Part shown: in pieces, positions 25,003 to 39,090 of the stretch | How the letters are laid out: each line of letters opens with the position of its first letter | How positions within the stretch are numbered: position 1 is the first letter of the stretch | NCBI GenBank assembly: GCA_964016885.1 | Contig: OZ024740.1 | Coordinates: forward strand, 197,842,001 to 197,906,000 | From: Eledone cirrhosa | Lineage: Eukaryota | DNA length: 64,000 nucleotides | Direction of reading: 5' to 3' | Translations under genes and position numbers: made by a program | Notes under the pieces: model-generated | Database searches by the model: none | What the model saw: the letters and a program-made list of their open reading frames with translations, nothing else | Told to the model about the DNA's origin: nothing

Positions 25003-25673
25003 TGGGGATTCTTTTCTTTGTTTTGTGCCTCTCCTTTGTTCTGTCCTACGCCATCTTGTTTTTGTGTGTGTTGTGTGCTTAGTTTGCGCATGTGTTACAT
25101 CCGGGTGTCTGTGTGTGTTTTTATTTGTTTATTTATTTGTTTATTTACATGTTACTGGTTGGTTGTTTGTTCTATGTGTGTGTGTGTGTGTTTTCATGTT
25201 GTCCTTAATTGTAAGTTGTGATGTTGCTATTCCATTCATGTTTTCTATTTATTTAATTTTGGTTGGAGTTCATTTATGTTCATTGCCTCTGTGATTTGTC
25301 TAAGCATTGCGTCTTTTCTGTGTGTAGATTCTATTTTTATTTTTAGAAATAATAAATAAAAATAGAATCTGCACACAGAAAAGACGCAATGTTTAGACAA
25401 ATCACAGAGGCAATAAACATAAATTAACTCCAACCAAAATTAAATAAATAGAAAACATGAATGGAATAGCAACATCACAACTTACAATTAAGGACAAAAT
25501 GAAAACACACACACAGAACAAACAACCAACCAGTAACATGTAAATAAACAAATAAAAGCACATACAGACACCCAGATGTAACACATGAGCAAACTAAGCA
25601 CACAACACACACAAAAACAAGATGGCGTAGGATAGAACAAAGGAGAGGCACAAAACAAAGAAAAGAATCCCCA

Positions 25674-25716
25674 GTCACTGAAGAGGTCACAGAATGTGTG
25701 ACGAAAGAACTTTGAC
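25674..25716 (+). ncRNA. Minimal hammerhead-like motif (right arm)
   Basis: GTCA-CTGAAGA-G-GTCACA gaatg TGTGAC-GAAA-GAAC-TT-TGAC. Confidence 0.65.
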
Positions 25717-26129
25717 AATATATGAACAACCGCCCGGTTATGGAACCAACCAACCAGAAATTTATAAATTCTTAAATTTATAAATTTAATTTATAATGAA
25801 TTGGAGTGAAAGGAACTGGTGCGTGTGTTTCTTATTGACAACATGACCCTCCCGAAGCATAACAATATATATATATATATATATGAAAAAGGCAATCAGA
25901 AATAACAAACCAAACAATACTGTACATTTTATTAGTTTTACGCTTGATATAGTAGAAAAAGTGTCTTAACGTTTCGGGCGCTAGTCCTTCACCAGAATAT
26001 AGAATGAGAAATTGTAGAAAAATTAAAAAGATTGAGGAGACAGGTAGAGCGGAGAAAAATAACAGGTCTATTTATGTTCTCATCTCTCGGAAAACTGTTG
26101 CTGCTAGCATTTTGTCTATTATATACTTG

Positions 26130-28200
26130 ATTGTCCATGAAGAGGAGGTGGTTGATGGTAAGCTCTCTTTTTCACAACTTGTATCCTGCTCTCACTTTTC
26201 GCAGTATAATGGTCAGGGGTATCAGGGCAAGGACAAACAACAGAGTGGACAGACTATCTACCTGGAAGATACCTCTCTTGATCTTCACGCTTCCCAAGGA
26301 TTCTCCACTCGATGTTAATTCTGTTTCCCAGGACTTCATACTTTTGCTCAACAACCGTCTGATGTTATCTGCCACCTTGAAGATCTCTAGGCTTTTGGTT
26401 ATCCAAGAATGAGGTACCATGTCGAATGTCTTTTTGTAGTTTATCCATCCCATGGCAAGACCAGTGTGTCTCCTCTTGCAATTCCTCATTACCATCTTAT
26501 CAATAAGTAGCTGGTCTTTTGAACCACGGGACTTCTTTCGGCATCCTTTCTGTTCGTCCTGTAACAAGTTGTTTGTGTGGAGATGATGGTAGATTTCCTC
26601 AGACATAATGCTTGTCAACAGTTTCCACTTTACGGACATACATGTGATAGGTCTATAGTTGGTAACATCATTACCCTTGATTCGGTCTTTCATTACCAGG
26701 ACTGTGGTACCTTTTGTCAACCACTCTGGTACCTCACCAAATATCAAGCAGTCGTTGAAGATGGTTGTCAGTTTCGGCTGGAGGGATGTTATATTTTTAA
26801 TCCAATACCCCTGCACACCATCTGAGCCTGGTGATATCCAGTTGGTTAGCTTTTTGGCCTGCCCTTTAAGAGTTTCAACTGTGATACTTAAATCAGTTTG
26901 TTGGTGTGCTTGTTCACTAATCTCCTTTTGTACTGTCTCAATCCACACTGCCTGATCATTATGTTCAACATCCTGCTCCCATATTCCTCTCCAGAATGTC
27001 TTAGTCTGTTCCGCCTCAGGGATCAAGTCGTTGCCTCTTTCCTTCCCTTCAAGCTGTCCAAACAACATCTTCTGGTTGTCAAACATGCAGTTCTGTCTAT
27101 ACTGACTGACTCTGCTCTCATACCGCCTAATCTTTGCACTCTTTGCTACAATGCGTTGCTTCAGTTCCTCTATGATAATATTTAGCTTTTTACTCCTAGT
27201 TTTGTACTTTATTTCCAGTCTATCTTTAGTGTCTATGTTTTGTAGTGTCCCATTCAGTAGGGACTCAAACTTTCCAATGTCATTTCTCATTTCCCTGATT
27301 TGACCATTCAGTCGTTTCTTCCACCAAGGTTCTGATCTTTCTTGTTTGTTGTTTCCTCTCGTTTTTATGCCAATTTCCTCACCGCATTTGCTGTTGCTTT
27401 GAAGATATTGTTGCATTGGTGAAGGCTCCTTGCCTCAAGGTATGGGATGACATTGTTTACCTTAGCTGTTGTTTCTTTTAACTTTTTCCTGTCTACAAAT
27501 CTTAGGTTCATAGGTTTCCCACTATCATTGTTCATTTCATCTACCACTAAGTTTAGGATATCAACCAAATCTTGTCCTGGCCCGTCAGCATTCATTTTCT
27601 CAATGGCCGCATCTTTGTTCCAGATGTTATTTAAGTCAGCATTCAGATCATTGTCCGCTTCGGATGCTTCCTCCGGTCTCTCAACTTCTTCACCTTCATT
27701 TCCCACTGGCTCGTTTGCCTGGCATACTCCACTCTCCATTTCCAACCTAATCTCTCTACTCAGTTCCTCCAGTTCTAACTCGCTTATCCATCCATTAGTT
27801 CTTATTACCCGGGCCTGCCCGGCCAATTTTTGTTCATCTAATTTAAATAGACCAATCTCGTTGCAGAAGTTACGCATCCGTTTCCTATAGTCTTTTTCCT
27901 TGGGGTTACTCTTCAGGTAACATTGCATAACAGTTCTATTCAATTCTTTCATCCAGTTGGTTCTTGTCCCTTTCCTTCTTCTTCTTCCTCCAACACCAGC
28001 AGTATTTGGATGACAGCCAGGTCCCTGCTGCTGGGTCAGGGAGCACTTGCTGAGTGAGAGTCTGTCACATAACGTTCCAGTCTCCTCTTCACCGTTATTC
28101 GAACTGTTTAGGTTCGACATTTAAACACTCATATCGAGGATTGATGAATGTATGGTTACATAACCACCGGTGATTTCATTAGCGTTGCACATTCACGCTG
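26130..28200 (-). pseudogene. Decayed R4/Dong-clade element, broken at the RT active site
   Basis: ORFs 27365-28120 and 26172-27416: SPGSDG, YRPITC, INYKKTFDMV, GIFQVDSLS. After a stop it reads INHLLFMD and ends. Confidence 0.88.
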
Positions 28201-28489
28201 TAGACGAACATAAATAAATAAACAAATAAATAGATAAAAACTTTAAAAAATAAACATGTTTCATTGTAATGTTTGAATGTCTGACTTAGTTTTTTTTGTT
28301 TGTTTTTTTCCTTTGCGTTTTTCGTTTTTCAAGGCCAGTAACATCGGTTACTAGTGTTGTTGTTGCTTGCTGCTGCTAAGGGAAGCAGGGGTTGTTGTGT
28401 TCAAAACTTTTGAAATTTGTGTTTGTTGTTGTGTTTGCTTCTGTCTGTGTTCTATTCTATAATTTTTCGACTTGTTGCTTATCATTATT

Positions 28490-28580
28490 TTTTTGCCTTT
28501 CATCCTTACGGGGCCGACAAAACAAAGCACCAGGGACAATTGCTGGCCCCGTGCCAAAATCAGAAACAATTATTATTATA
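28490..28580 (+). mobile_element. Meta-type SINE 3' fragment
   Basis: GCCTTTCATCCTTACGGGGCCGAC...AGAAACAATTATTATT. Confidence 0.75.
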
Positions 28581-29166
28581 TTACAGTTTAGATTTGACTA
28601 AACATTTTAAGAGAGTTTAGAGATACAACAACAATAATTATTTTGGTGCTGTTGTTGTTGTTAGCTGTTTGACCGGGCCACTAACCCAGTCTATTTATAT
28701 CTTTTGATGCCTTCCTCGCTTCTTTTCATGTGTAGCGGCACTACTACCATCCCTCTTTTAACAGGAGGTAGTGAGGGAATAGTGGTGGTAGCGATGATAC
28801 AGTGGTGGCTGTGGTGATGGGATAGCAGTACTATAGGGATGGTGCTGGTTTGTATTTGTATTTGGCTAGATTTTTTGTGGTAGTGGTGATGGTGGCGGTG
28901 GTGATGGTGGTGTTGGTGGTGAAGTTATTTGGCTGTTGTTTTTTAGCCATTTTCTTTTCTGAATATAAAATTTCTGATACAAAATGAAATATTAAATATT
29001 GGTGCCCTATGCCATAATGTGATGCGTTGTCACTTCCTGAGAGCTAAGACTGATATCTTATGTTCCATTTGTAATAAGAATTATTCTATCACAATTATTT
29101 TAAATATGTAAAAAATCAAAAACTTACGGGAGCGATTCCATAACACTCTATCCGCCATGTGCGTAT

Positions 29167-29274
29167 CTTCTTCTTCTTCTTCTTCTTCTTCTTCTTCTTC
29201 TTCTTCTTCTTCTTCTTCTTCTTCTTCTTCTTCTTCTTCTTCTTCTTCTTCTTCTTCTTCTTCTTCTTCTTCTT

Positions 29275-29305
<31 letters not shown>

Positions 29306-29323
29306 TTATTATTATTATTATTA
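29167..29323 (+). repeat. (CTT)n plus (ATT)n microsatellite
   Basis: Direct reading. Confidence 0.95.
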
Positions 29324-29329
29324 TATATA

Positions 29330-30639
<1,310 letters not shown>

Positions 30640-31637
30640 CTATTGTCAAATTTCACCTTTTGGGTATATATTGGATAATGAATTCTGAAACAAAAGACCG
30701 GTATATATATGTTGTGAAGTCCTTTGGTTTACTCAATTACGACTGCCCTCAGGTTAAGCAACAACGGCACCAACTAATATTAATCTGATTTCAAATCACA
30801 ATTTAAATCTTAAGATCAGTTACTGATATATTATTGACACGTCGACATTGTTTGGTTTGGATACTAGATTGTCAGTAATGAAACAGGATCCTATCGATTA
30901 TGAAGATATTGTGATCAGGTTTCGGTGATTCAGTAGGGAAATATACTTTAAACAAACAAGGTATATAGTTTCATTTCTTGTTGTTTATTCCGAGGTCGTC
31001 GTTGATTTAGCAGACATAAAATCAAAGGTTTTCCAGCCGTCGTCACGTCATATTCTTTCAGGTGGCGTATACATCCACGATGTTTTCACTATAGTTTCCT
31101 AAACAACTTGAATTATAAAGAACCAATATACTATCAGATGCTAATATTATACTTAAGTCTCTGAGAGTACAACAAGGACACCACTCTCCATTCATACAGG
31201 ACGTCTTTTGTCTTAACGCGCCCTGCAGCGATACTTCCTTTAGTGCCACAAATCAGCATCATCCTCAAGCTCCTTTGATCGACAGTTTGAAGCAAGCTGA
31301 TAAAGTACTGGTCGCCCTCTCATTGGTTTCTCATCGAACCCTTATGGCTGAACACATCTGACCTCTTGAGATCTGAACCCCCTCTCTACGTACTGTGTAT
31401 CTTTCTCCCTATTCTTCGGAGTAGCGCATTCACTGTTTAGACCGCAGTGACCATGAAGTAAGAACAGTTATATAGATAAAATTGATATTTAAGGTACTTC
31501 GACAGATAAGAAATAAATGTCAGTAGCTAGTTGGGTTACGGGTTAACAATCAATTGAGTGTATCTAAAATAATACAAAGTCTATCAGCAGAAATAAGTGA
31601 ATGTTTTATTTGTTTTAATAATTGTACCATATATAAG

Positions 31638-31798
31638 AAGGTGGTGAATTGACAGGGTCGTTAGTACGTCGGTTAGAATGCTTCATAGTATTCGTGTCGG
31701 CTCTCAGCTCTCTGAGTTCAAATTCCACCGAGGTTAACTTTGCCTGCTATACATTTGAGGTCGATAAAAAAAGTACCAGTCTAGTACTATGGTCGATT
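31638..31798 (+). mobile_element. Diverged Meta-type SINE
   Basis: GAGTTCAAATTCC B-box, then GAGGTCGATAAAAAAAGTACCAG. Confidence 0.75.
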
Positions 31799-32814
31799 CT
31801 TCCTCTATACCTCTTTCTGACTTCCATTCTCTCACTCTTTATACTTCTCTGGAAGACATCTGCTGTATTCAGGCCTGAAGAGGAAACGTTGTATTGCCCT
31901 AGAAACGCCGTATTGATATACGGCCCCTATGACTCCCTCAAGAGTTACGAGTCTATACATACATATTATATATAAGGAGGCCTTGTAGACCAAACAATCT
32001 GTAGATCTAACGTATCATTAACCGAATAGATCTAACCATAGTAAGAGGATAAATGAGAAAGTATCTTTCTAATTAATAAAATTCCAATGAAGACTTTTAG
32101 AGACGCCATTAGAACGACAGAAATCTCTATGAGCTAATACGACTGCCAATATATAGCTCACTCGAACTATTAGAAATATTAACAAATCACCCATTGTCTG
32201 AAAACATAGAATATTACATCTGGTAATACTCTCTAAGATACACATATAAAAAAAAGGTATTAGTCTCAGCTTAGAATGGCTTTGTTCTTAAATCTGTTTG
32301 GTCAATGCCAACTCCAGCACTGATATCAACAGAAATAATAATTATTTTATACATACAGACATTCTGATTAATTCTAACTGATACCCCAATTAGATAAAAT
32401 TCATTCTCTGCTTTGAAAAAAAAAATGTATTCCAACATATAATGTACCACCATCTTGAAAATATATATTATCTGCTACATCATTATTGGTGCGTTATAAT
32501 TTGTTAGAATATCCCATTGACATAACTTTTATAATCCGGCTGCCATATTGCTTTTTAATGCAAGCAGCATGCATCATTGAAGGATTTTACAATACAATCG
32601 TTGTTTCTAATGATACTAAATAATCGATATTCAGTACATTGTTGGCGTAGTCAGAACGAACATTTGAGAAAATTTTACTGCAGGAAATACCTCTCAGCAC
32701 ACAAATTGTGTTACAAATGGAAAATTCCCCCATTGCTTGTATACAAATGAGAAAATTTATTTATGGCTTGCAATCTGTCCAGCTTCCCAAAAGAGATAAA
32801 TAGTTTGTGTTACA

Positions 32815-32964
32815 AAGGCGATAAATTGGCAGAGTCAATAGAATGTTTCGTGTATTCGTTCCGGCTCTCCCCGATCTGAATTAAAATCCTGCTGAGGGCA
32901 ACTTTGCCTTTCACACTTTTGAGGTCAATAAATAAAGTACTAATTCCATACCAGGGTCGATTCG
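32815..32964 (+). mobile_element. Diverged Meta-type SINE followed by (TATC)n
   Basis: TTTGCCTTTCACACTTTTGAGGTCAATAAATAAAGTAC. Confidence 0.7.
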
Positions 32965-32967
32965 TCT

Positions 32968-33049
<82 letters not shown>

Positions 33050-33873
33050 AGCCCGGGACATATGGACAACTTCCAGAAGTCCCTGGCCTGGCAGTGCTAC
33101 CGAGGGGCTTTACCCGTTCGAGAAAGGCTCTACAGACACGGGCGCCCGGGTAGGGACCCCGCCAAAAAGATCTGTCCCAGATGCGTGTGCGACGAGGAAA
33201 CCGTTGCACACGCATTGGTACACTGCTTGGGCGTAGCCGATCTGTGGGGCTATGTCGAACAACTGCTGTCAAGGGTGGGACCGATCCGGTTGACCACCGA
33301 GTCTATTGTAATGATCAAGCCGCCTCCTCCCTTCAAAGATGAAGCAGAGGCGGTGTTTCTGTGCGTAATAGCCATGGCGAAAGAGGTTGTATGGTGGACG
33401 CGTCTGAAAGGACTGAGGTCAGGCACCTTTCTCTCTGGCCAACAACTGGTCCGTTTCTTCCAATATCATTTCGGAAGAAGGATCAGGATGGAGAGAGAGG
33501 TGCTGCACCCCAGTCGTTTTTATGAAAGGTGGGTGAAAGTGGCGAGAATGGCCCGTGTGAATGGGCCTTCTCTTTACATAAGCCTGTAGGTGGAAAAGAG
33601 GAAGGAACGAGGGAGCACCCCCTCTCTGTGCTCCTGAGGAAAAGGGTTGCACACTTTTTTCGGGGGTGTGTGCGACCCCCCAAGGCGCCTCCTCTCTATT
33701 GAGGATTTTGTTATAAATTTTATTTTTTGTTATATTTTATTTTATTTTTATATTTTGTTATTGCCTCCTCCTTATTGAGGACGCCTTTTTGTGTAAACTC
33801 CCCCCTTTGTACTTGTCCCACTTTTGATGCCCTGGTGGCAAATAAAAGAAACATATCTATCTTTCTTTCTTTC
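33050..33873 (+). mobile_element. 5'-truncated Tx1 LINE (copy B)
   Basis: ORF 33062-33589 is highly similar to the C-terminus of copy A ORF2 and has an intact CPRC-x7-H-x3-C. 3' UTR and AATAAA, then TATC/TTTC tail. Confidence 0.92.
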
Positions 33874-33876
33874 TGC

Positions 33877-36800
33877 CTGACGCGTGGAACATCGCCGGTA
33901 AAATGTTTTGTAAATTTATATACGAAAAACAGAACAAATTGTTTGAAAAAACATATTATTTTGTAGATTAACTCCCAAGCTGAATTGTCAGCTGGCTGGT
34001 AATCCAATTTTTCGCTCCTTTAGGGGCGAACATTTTATTTTAAAAATTGTTTTAAAATATCAAATTTTGCCAACTATAAAACATAAATAAGACGACAAGA
34101 ACGCTGGAGAACGTAAACAGAGAAAATAGAGAGAAAGAGGCAGATTTTAACGTTATATCTGCTTCTGCTACTATGGACGTCGTCATAGATACGACTGTCA
34201 ACAAAGAGGAAAAAATGTTACCGTCGAAGCGGAGAAAAATAACACTAACTCACATGAAAACACAGAAATTAAACCTATTTACATACATACACTTGAAAAA
34301 GACATCAACAACTCCACAGATACATCTACACATAAAGTTTCACCTCGTCAAGTAACTGAGATTTCCAACACCGAGGCTAACAACGATAACAACAACAACA
34401 ACAACAACAACAACAGCAACACCACACAAAAAAAGAAAATGTCTTCCGCTGAAACAGTGAATAAAAAACAAGATTTTATAAATCTTGACATCTCCAATGC
34501 AAGAGATATGCTCCAGCAAGGGAGAAAATTTGCAACTTTCGAAGAGAAGGGTGGGTTTAGAATTAACTCACCCCTTGAAATAAAGCAAGACACAGTTCGG
34601 AGATCAGTCACCTTTAGGACTGTGTCCAATTCCACGAGAAAGCCGATATTTGTTAGTCAAGCAGATATAGAAGCTACTTTCAAGGAAATTCTAGCAAATA
34701 TCGATTATCTCCAACGAGGAAAACAGTACGGAAGTGTTTCCGTACTGTTTAAAAGCGAGGCACTCGCCCCCAAAACATTCTGTGACACCAATGGTGTCAA
34801 AAACTCCTTTTGGGAAAAGGACACAAAAAATAAAAATAAAAAATATACCCCAAACATTAACATCTGGTGGATCTTGGCTGACTTCGCAGAGCCAGAAACT
34901 GATATGATTCTTTCGATACGAAAGTCTATTCGACAAAGGTGGGCGGGTACTGATTTCGAGATTCTGTTGCAAATGAGGCCGGAGAGAATCTCCAAAATAC
35001 CCGAAAGAGTCGTCATCGATGATAACAACAAAATAAACATTTCGGTAGAAGGACGAACATTTCATTGCTTTCGCGGTGGTAGCACAGCACATCTTGTCCT
35101 TCACAAACACACAACAACAACATCATTAAAAAAACACTATTACCAACACCAACACCAAAACAACCACAAGTACAACGACAGATGAAACGAGCAACCACAC
35201 CAAAACAAACAGACACTCAACCAACAACAACAGAAAAAACAGAGACAACATCCCTGAAGAACACAGCCCCACCCCATCCCAATCCACCAAACACTACCAC
35301 AAACACACACACCGAAACACCACCACTACACAACATACCCCAACCCCACACACCTGACGATGATTATTCATCGACGGATGAAGCTGCTTCTCCTTCTTTA
35401 AGTGAAGAAGAGGGAGGGCCGCGGAAATCTAAAAAACAAAAAATGAGACACCACAAAACCCCCCAAAACTCCAATCACCAACACCAACACCAACACACAC
35501 CACAGACACAAACAACAACACAAACAACACCACAGTCAAACATCCCCCTATCAGCAAAACCAACACCAACACCACCCCAAACACAAGCACCCACCATAAA
35601 AAGAAAACTCCCGGACGAACAACAAACTAAAACAACACAACAAAAACACAAACAACAATACGCATACATCAACACAGACAACAAGAATTTGATGGAGGTC
35701 ATCTCCCAAAACCCCAAGGTGGAGACGGAGGGCAAAACTTTCGTCAAGGCAGAATCGTCTCCACACCTTAAACTTATAAGGGTTTCTATGGAAACCTATA
35801 ATGACCTAAAAAATAAATTTTCACAGGACGTGGGCAACCCCTGCCACAAACACATCAACCGCGTCCTGTTAAAATGTTTCCCCACCCCACTCATCACCCC
35901 ATCCAGCACCCAAATGGAGATTGAACAACCCGATCTCCAGGAAACGAAATGGTAAGTGCACCTTTCGTCCTTTTTCTCCAACATTTCTTCACCAACATGG
36001 CTAGTTTACGAGTTGGAAGCGTGAATGTGCGTGGCCTAGGGATGCTCTGGAAACAGGGCCAACTTTTAAACGACCTTAGGTCACACGGTATGGATGTGAT
36101 AGCCATCACCGAGTCAAGGATCCACAACAGGCAGCAACTAACCCCCATCTTCGACGACTTTGAGATCTACGCATCTCTCTGTCAGCCAGGAGGTGGGGGT
36201 GGAGTGGCTGTCATGTTTCGGAAGAACCTGGACATCGAAATAAGCAAGTACACTTGGACCCGGAGGGTAGACTGGTAGTCCTAGACGTGAACAGTATTGG
36301 AAGTGGAGCCTACAGACTGGTGGCCGTTTATGTCCCGACCGGGCAATCGCAATCACGGCCAGACTTCTTTAAGCATCTAGAGTCCTTTCTGGTAACGTCT
36401 CGCTCCTTACTTTTAGTGGGGGACTGGAATGGTATCCTAGATGCACGATGGGACTATGTGGGAGCATGTCCCAGTAGAGCGGGGTGCAACAGCCTCAAAA
36501 CTTCAATCGGCCAATTCCAACTGGCCGATAGGTATCGACTGGATTTCCCGACTGCACCACAGTGGACGTGGGCAAACCGCAGCGGGACATCTAGATCGTA
36601 TTTAGATAGGTTATTCATTAGAGAAAGGGACAAGGAGATGTTAAGCTGTCCACGAATGCACATGGTTGCCTATTCAGATCACAAATTAGTCGTCTGCTTA
36701 GTCAACCGTGATAGAACACATAAACAAGGACCCGGATACTGGAAGCTGAACGTGTCGTTGCCGGCACGTAAAGCTTACAGTGAACGGATAAGTAGACTAG

Positions 36801-39054
36801 TCAAGAAACAGTTAACAGGAGCCATCGTCAACAATAGATGGTGGTACTCTCTCAAGAAAGCAATTAGAATAGAATCGATAGGGTTTAGCAGAGAGTTAGC
36901 CTTAGAGAAAAACAAACTAGAAAGAGAACTAATAGCCAAGGTAGAGGAGGCACTTAGAAGTGGCAATGCGGCTAGAGTGTTAGCGTCTAGAACGGCACTG
37001 GACCAGTTCTTCGATGCGAAACACGAAGGCTGCGTGGTCAGAAGCAAAACACGTGCTCTAGGAAATGAAGGAGCGAAAGCTGTCACATGGGCCCGAGTGG
37101 AGGAGGCAAAAATTGGCAACAAGTCCACGATTCGGTCTTTGAAAGATCAAAACGGACGAGTGCTGGAATATACTTGGAAACGGTTCTCAAGGCGGCGGCC
37201 GGTTTCGGTCCCGTGTTCAGATGCTGGATCGAGTCGCTGCACACCAGCATCTGCTCGAGGGTCAAGGTGAACGGCTACCTATCGGAGCCGTTCGAAATCA
37301 CGCGTTCCATTCGACAGGGGTGCCCTCTCTCCTCCATTCTGTATGTATTTACTCTAGAGCCACTACTGCGGAAATTGGAGCTGTTGCAGGGCATCCCTCT
37401 AGAACCGGGACTTCGCAAAGCGGCGTCGGCTTATTCCGACGACGTGACGGTAATGGTGTCGAGCACCTCGGAAATCGGGGTAATCGGCAAATTACTGAAA
37501 GAATACGAAACGCTGACGGGAGCAAAACTAAACCCGGACAAGTCTGTCGGTTTGCAACTCAGTACATGGAGAGGCAAACCGATGACGTCCGACAGCGTCG
37601 TCGGACGCTGGACGGACGGACCGGTGAAATTCCTCGTGGTCTGGTTTGGTCCAGACCTTCAGGTGGAGAAAAACTGGAACGAGGTCACGGCCAAGGTGTT
37701 TGCACTCCCCCAGAAGTGGGCAGAGTGCAAACTGTCCTTGAAAGGTCGAGCGGAGGTGGCGAACACTTTCATAGCGTCCGTCATCTACTACCGCTTGACT
37801 GTCGTACCTTGTCCCCGTGAACACCTCGCCATGATGGAACGCATGCTCTTCCAGTTTCTGTGGAAGAAGCAGGCTCCGCTGGTGAGGATATCCGTCTTCT
37901 GTCAGCAACCTTCCAACGGAGGGCTGGGAATGCCGGGGCTGATGATGCGCAAGCATGCGCTGAGGCTGCGGCTCTCCAGGTATTCCTCACCGACCCCCAA
38001 CCGGTGTGGGCACCATTTGTGAGACAGGCTTTCCCACAGCTCGTCTCGCTGATGGAGCTGCAGTCCTGGGTGAAGAAAAGACCTAAAACGATGGGCGCCT
38101 GGCACATTGAATGCGCTCAGGCACTCACAGTCCTCTGGCAAGCGTGCGCAGCAATCAGTGGAGACTTCTCTTCGACATTCTATAGAGGGATTGTATGTTA
38201 CAAGGGCGACGACGTGCTCGGAGAGACTCTGGGCGTCGAAGACGATGAGCTCACCAGTTTGTTTGGTAGGACTTTCCGCCCGGGACCTCTGGAAGTTGTC
38301 TATAGGTCCCTGGCCTGGCAGTGCTACCGAGGAGCTCTACCGGTTCGTGACAAGATCTACAGGCACGGACGCCCCGGCAAGGGTCCTTCTAAGAGGACGT
38401 GTCCAAGATGCGCGCAGGACATTGAAACAGTCCTGCACGCAATTGTACACTGCCCGGGCGTAACCGACCTGTGGAACTATGCAGAACAACTGCTGTCGCG
38501 TATGGGACAAATTCAGTTGACTGCCGAGTCCATAGTAAGGATCAAACCGCCAGCCTCTTTCAAAAACGAAAGAGAGGCGGTTTTCCTCTGTACGGTGGCT
38601 ATGGCGAAAGAAGTTATATGGTGGACGAGACTGAGAGGACTGAGGACAGATGCCTTTCTCTCTGGACAACAATTGATTCCCTTCTTTAAGTATCACTTTA
38701 GAAGGAGAATCAGGTTGGAGAGAGAGGCACTGCACCCCAGTAAATTTACTGAAAGGTGGGTGAATGAAGCGAAAATGGCCCGAGTGATTGGGCCTTCTCT
38801 GTTTATAAGCCTGTAGCTTGATGAAGAGAGCAAAAGGAAGAAAGGAGCACTTGCACAACACGCTCCTGCAGTTGAGGGTTGTTCTATCGACGGGGTACTA
38901 AACAACCCATTTGTGGCGCTTCTCCCCTATTGGGGATTTCGATTGTTGTAATTGTTTGTTTTTATATTTTTTACACGACTGTATATAAAATCCACGGCAT
39001 GTCTTTGTATTGTCCCCTTTTCTTGTGCGCCCTTGTGGCAAATAAAGAAATATA

Positions 39055-39085
<31 letters not shown>

Positions 39086-39090
39086 ATCTA
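33877..39090 (+). mobile_element. Near-full-length Tx1 LINE (copy C) with internal RT deletion
   Basis: ORF1 pieces 34439-35955. ORF2 starts at ATG 35997 (NVRGL, GDWN, SDHK, RQGCP, YSDD, CPRC). About 620 bp are missing at ~37170 relative to copy A. Tail (TATC)n. Confidence 0.92.

Larger units (their letters stand above)
24804..25868. repeat. 1.06-kb palindrome made of two Neptune-like PLE 3' ends, tails pointing outward
   Basis: 24804-25343 is the reverse complement of ~25353-25868. Both arms match 2628-3165. Confidence 0.93.

Noticed and set aside
25964-26000. Hammerhead-like CTGGTGA...GAAACGTT on the minus strand
   Set aside because: Core substitution, stem II mismatch and 2-bp stem I. 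Probably a dead relic, so not called.
31870-31920. CTGAAGA...GAAACGCCGTA motif
   Set aside because: Stems I and II do not pair convincingly.
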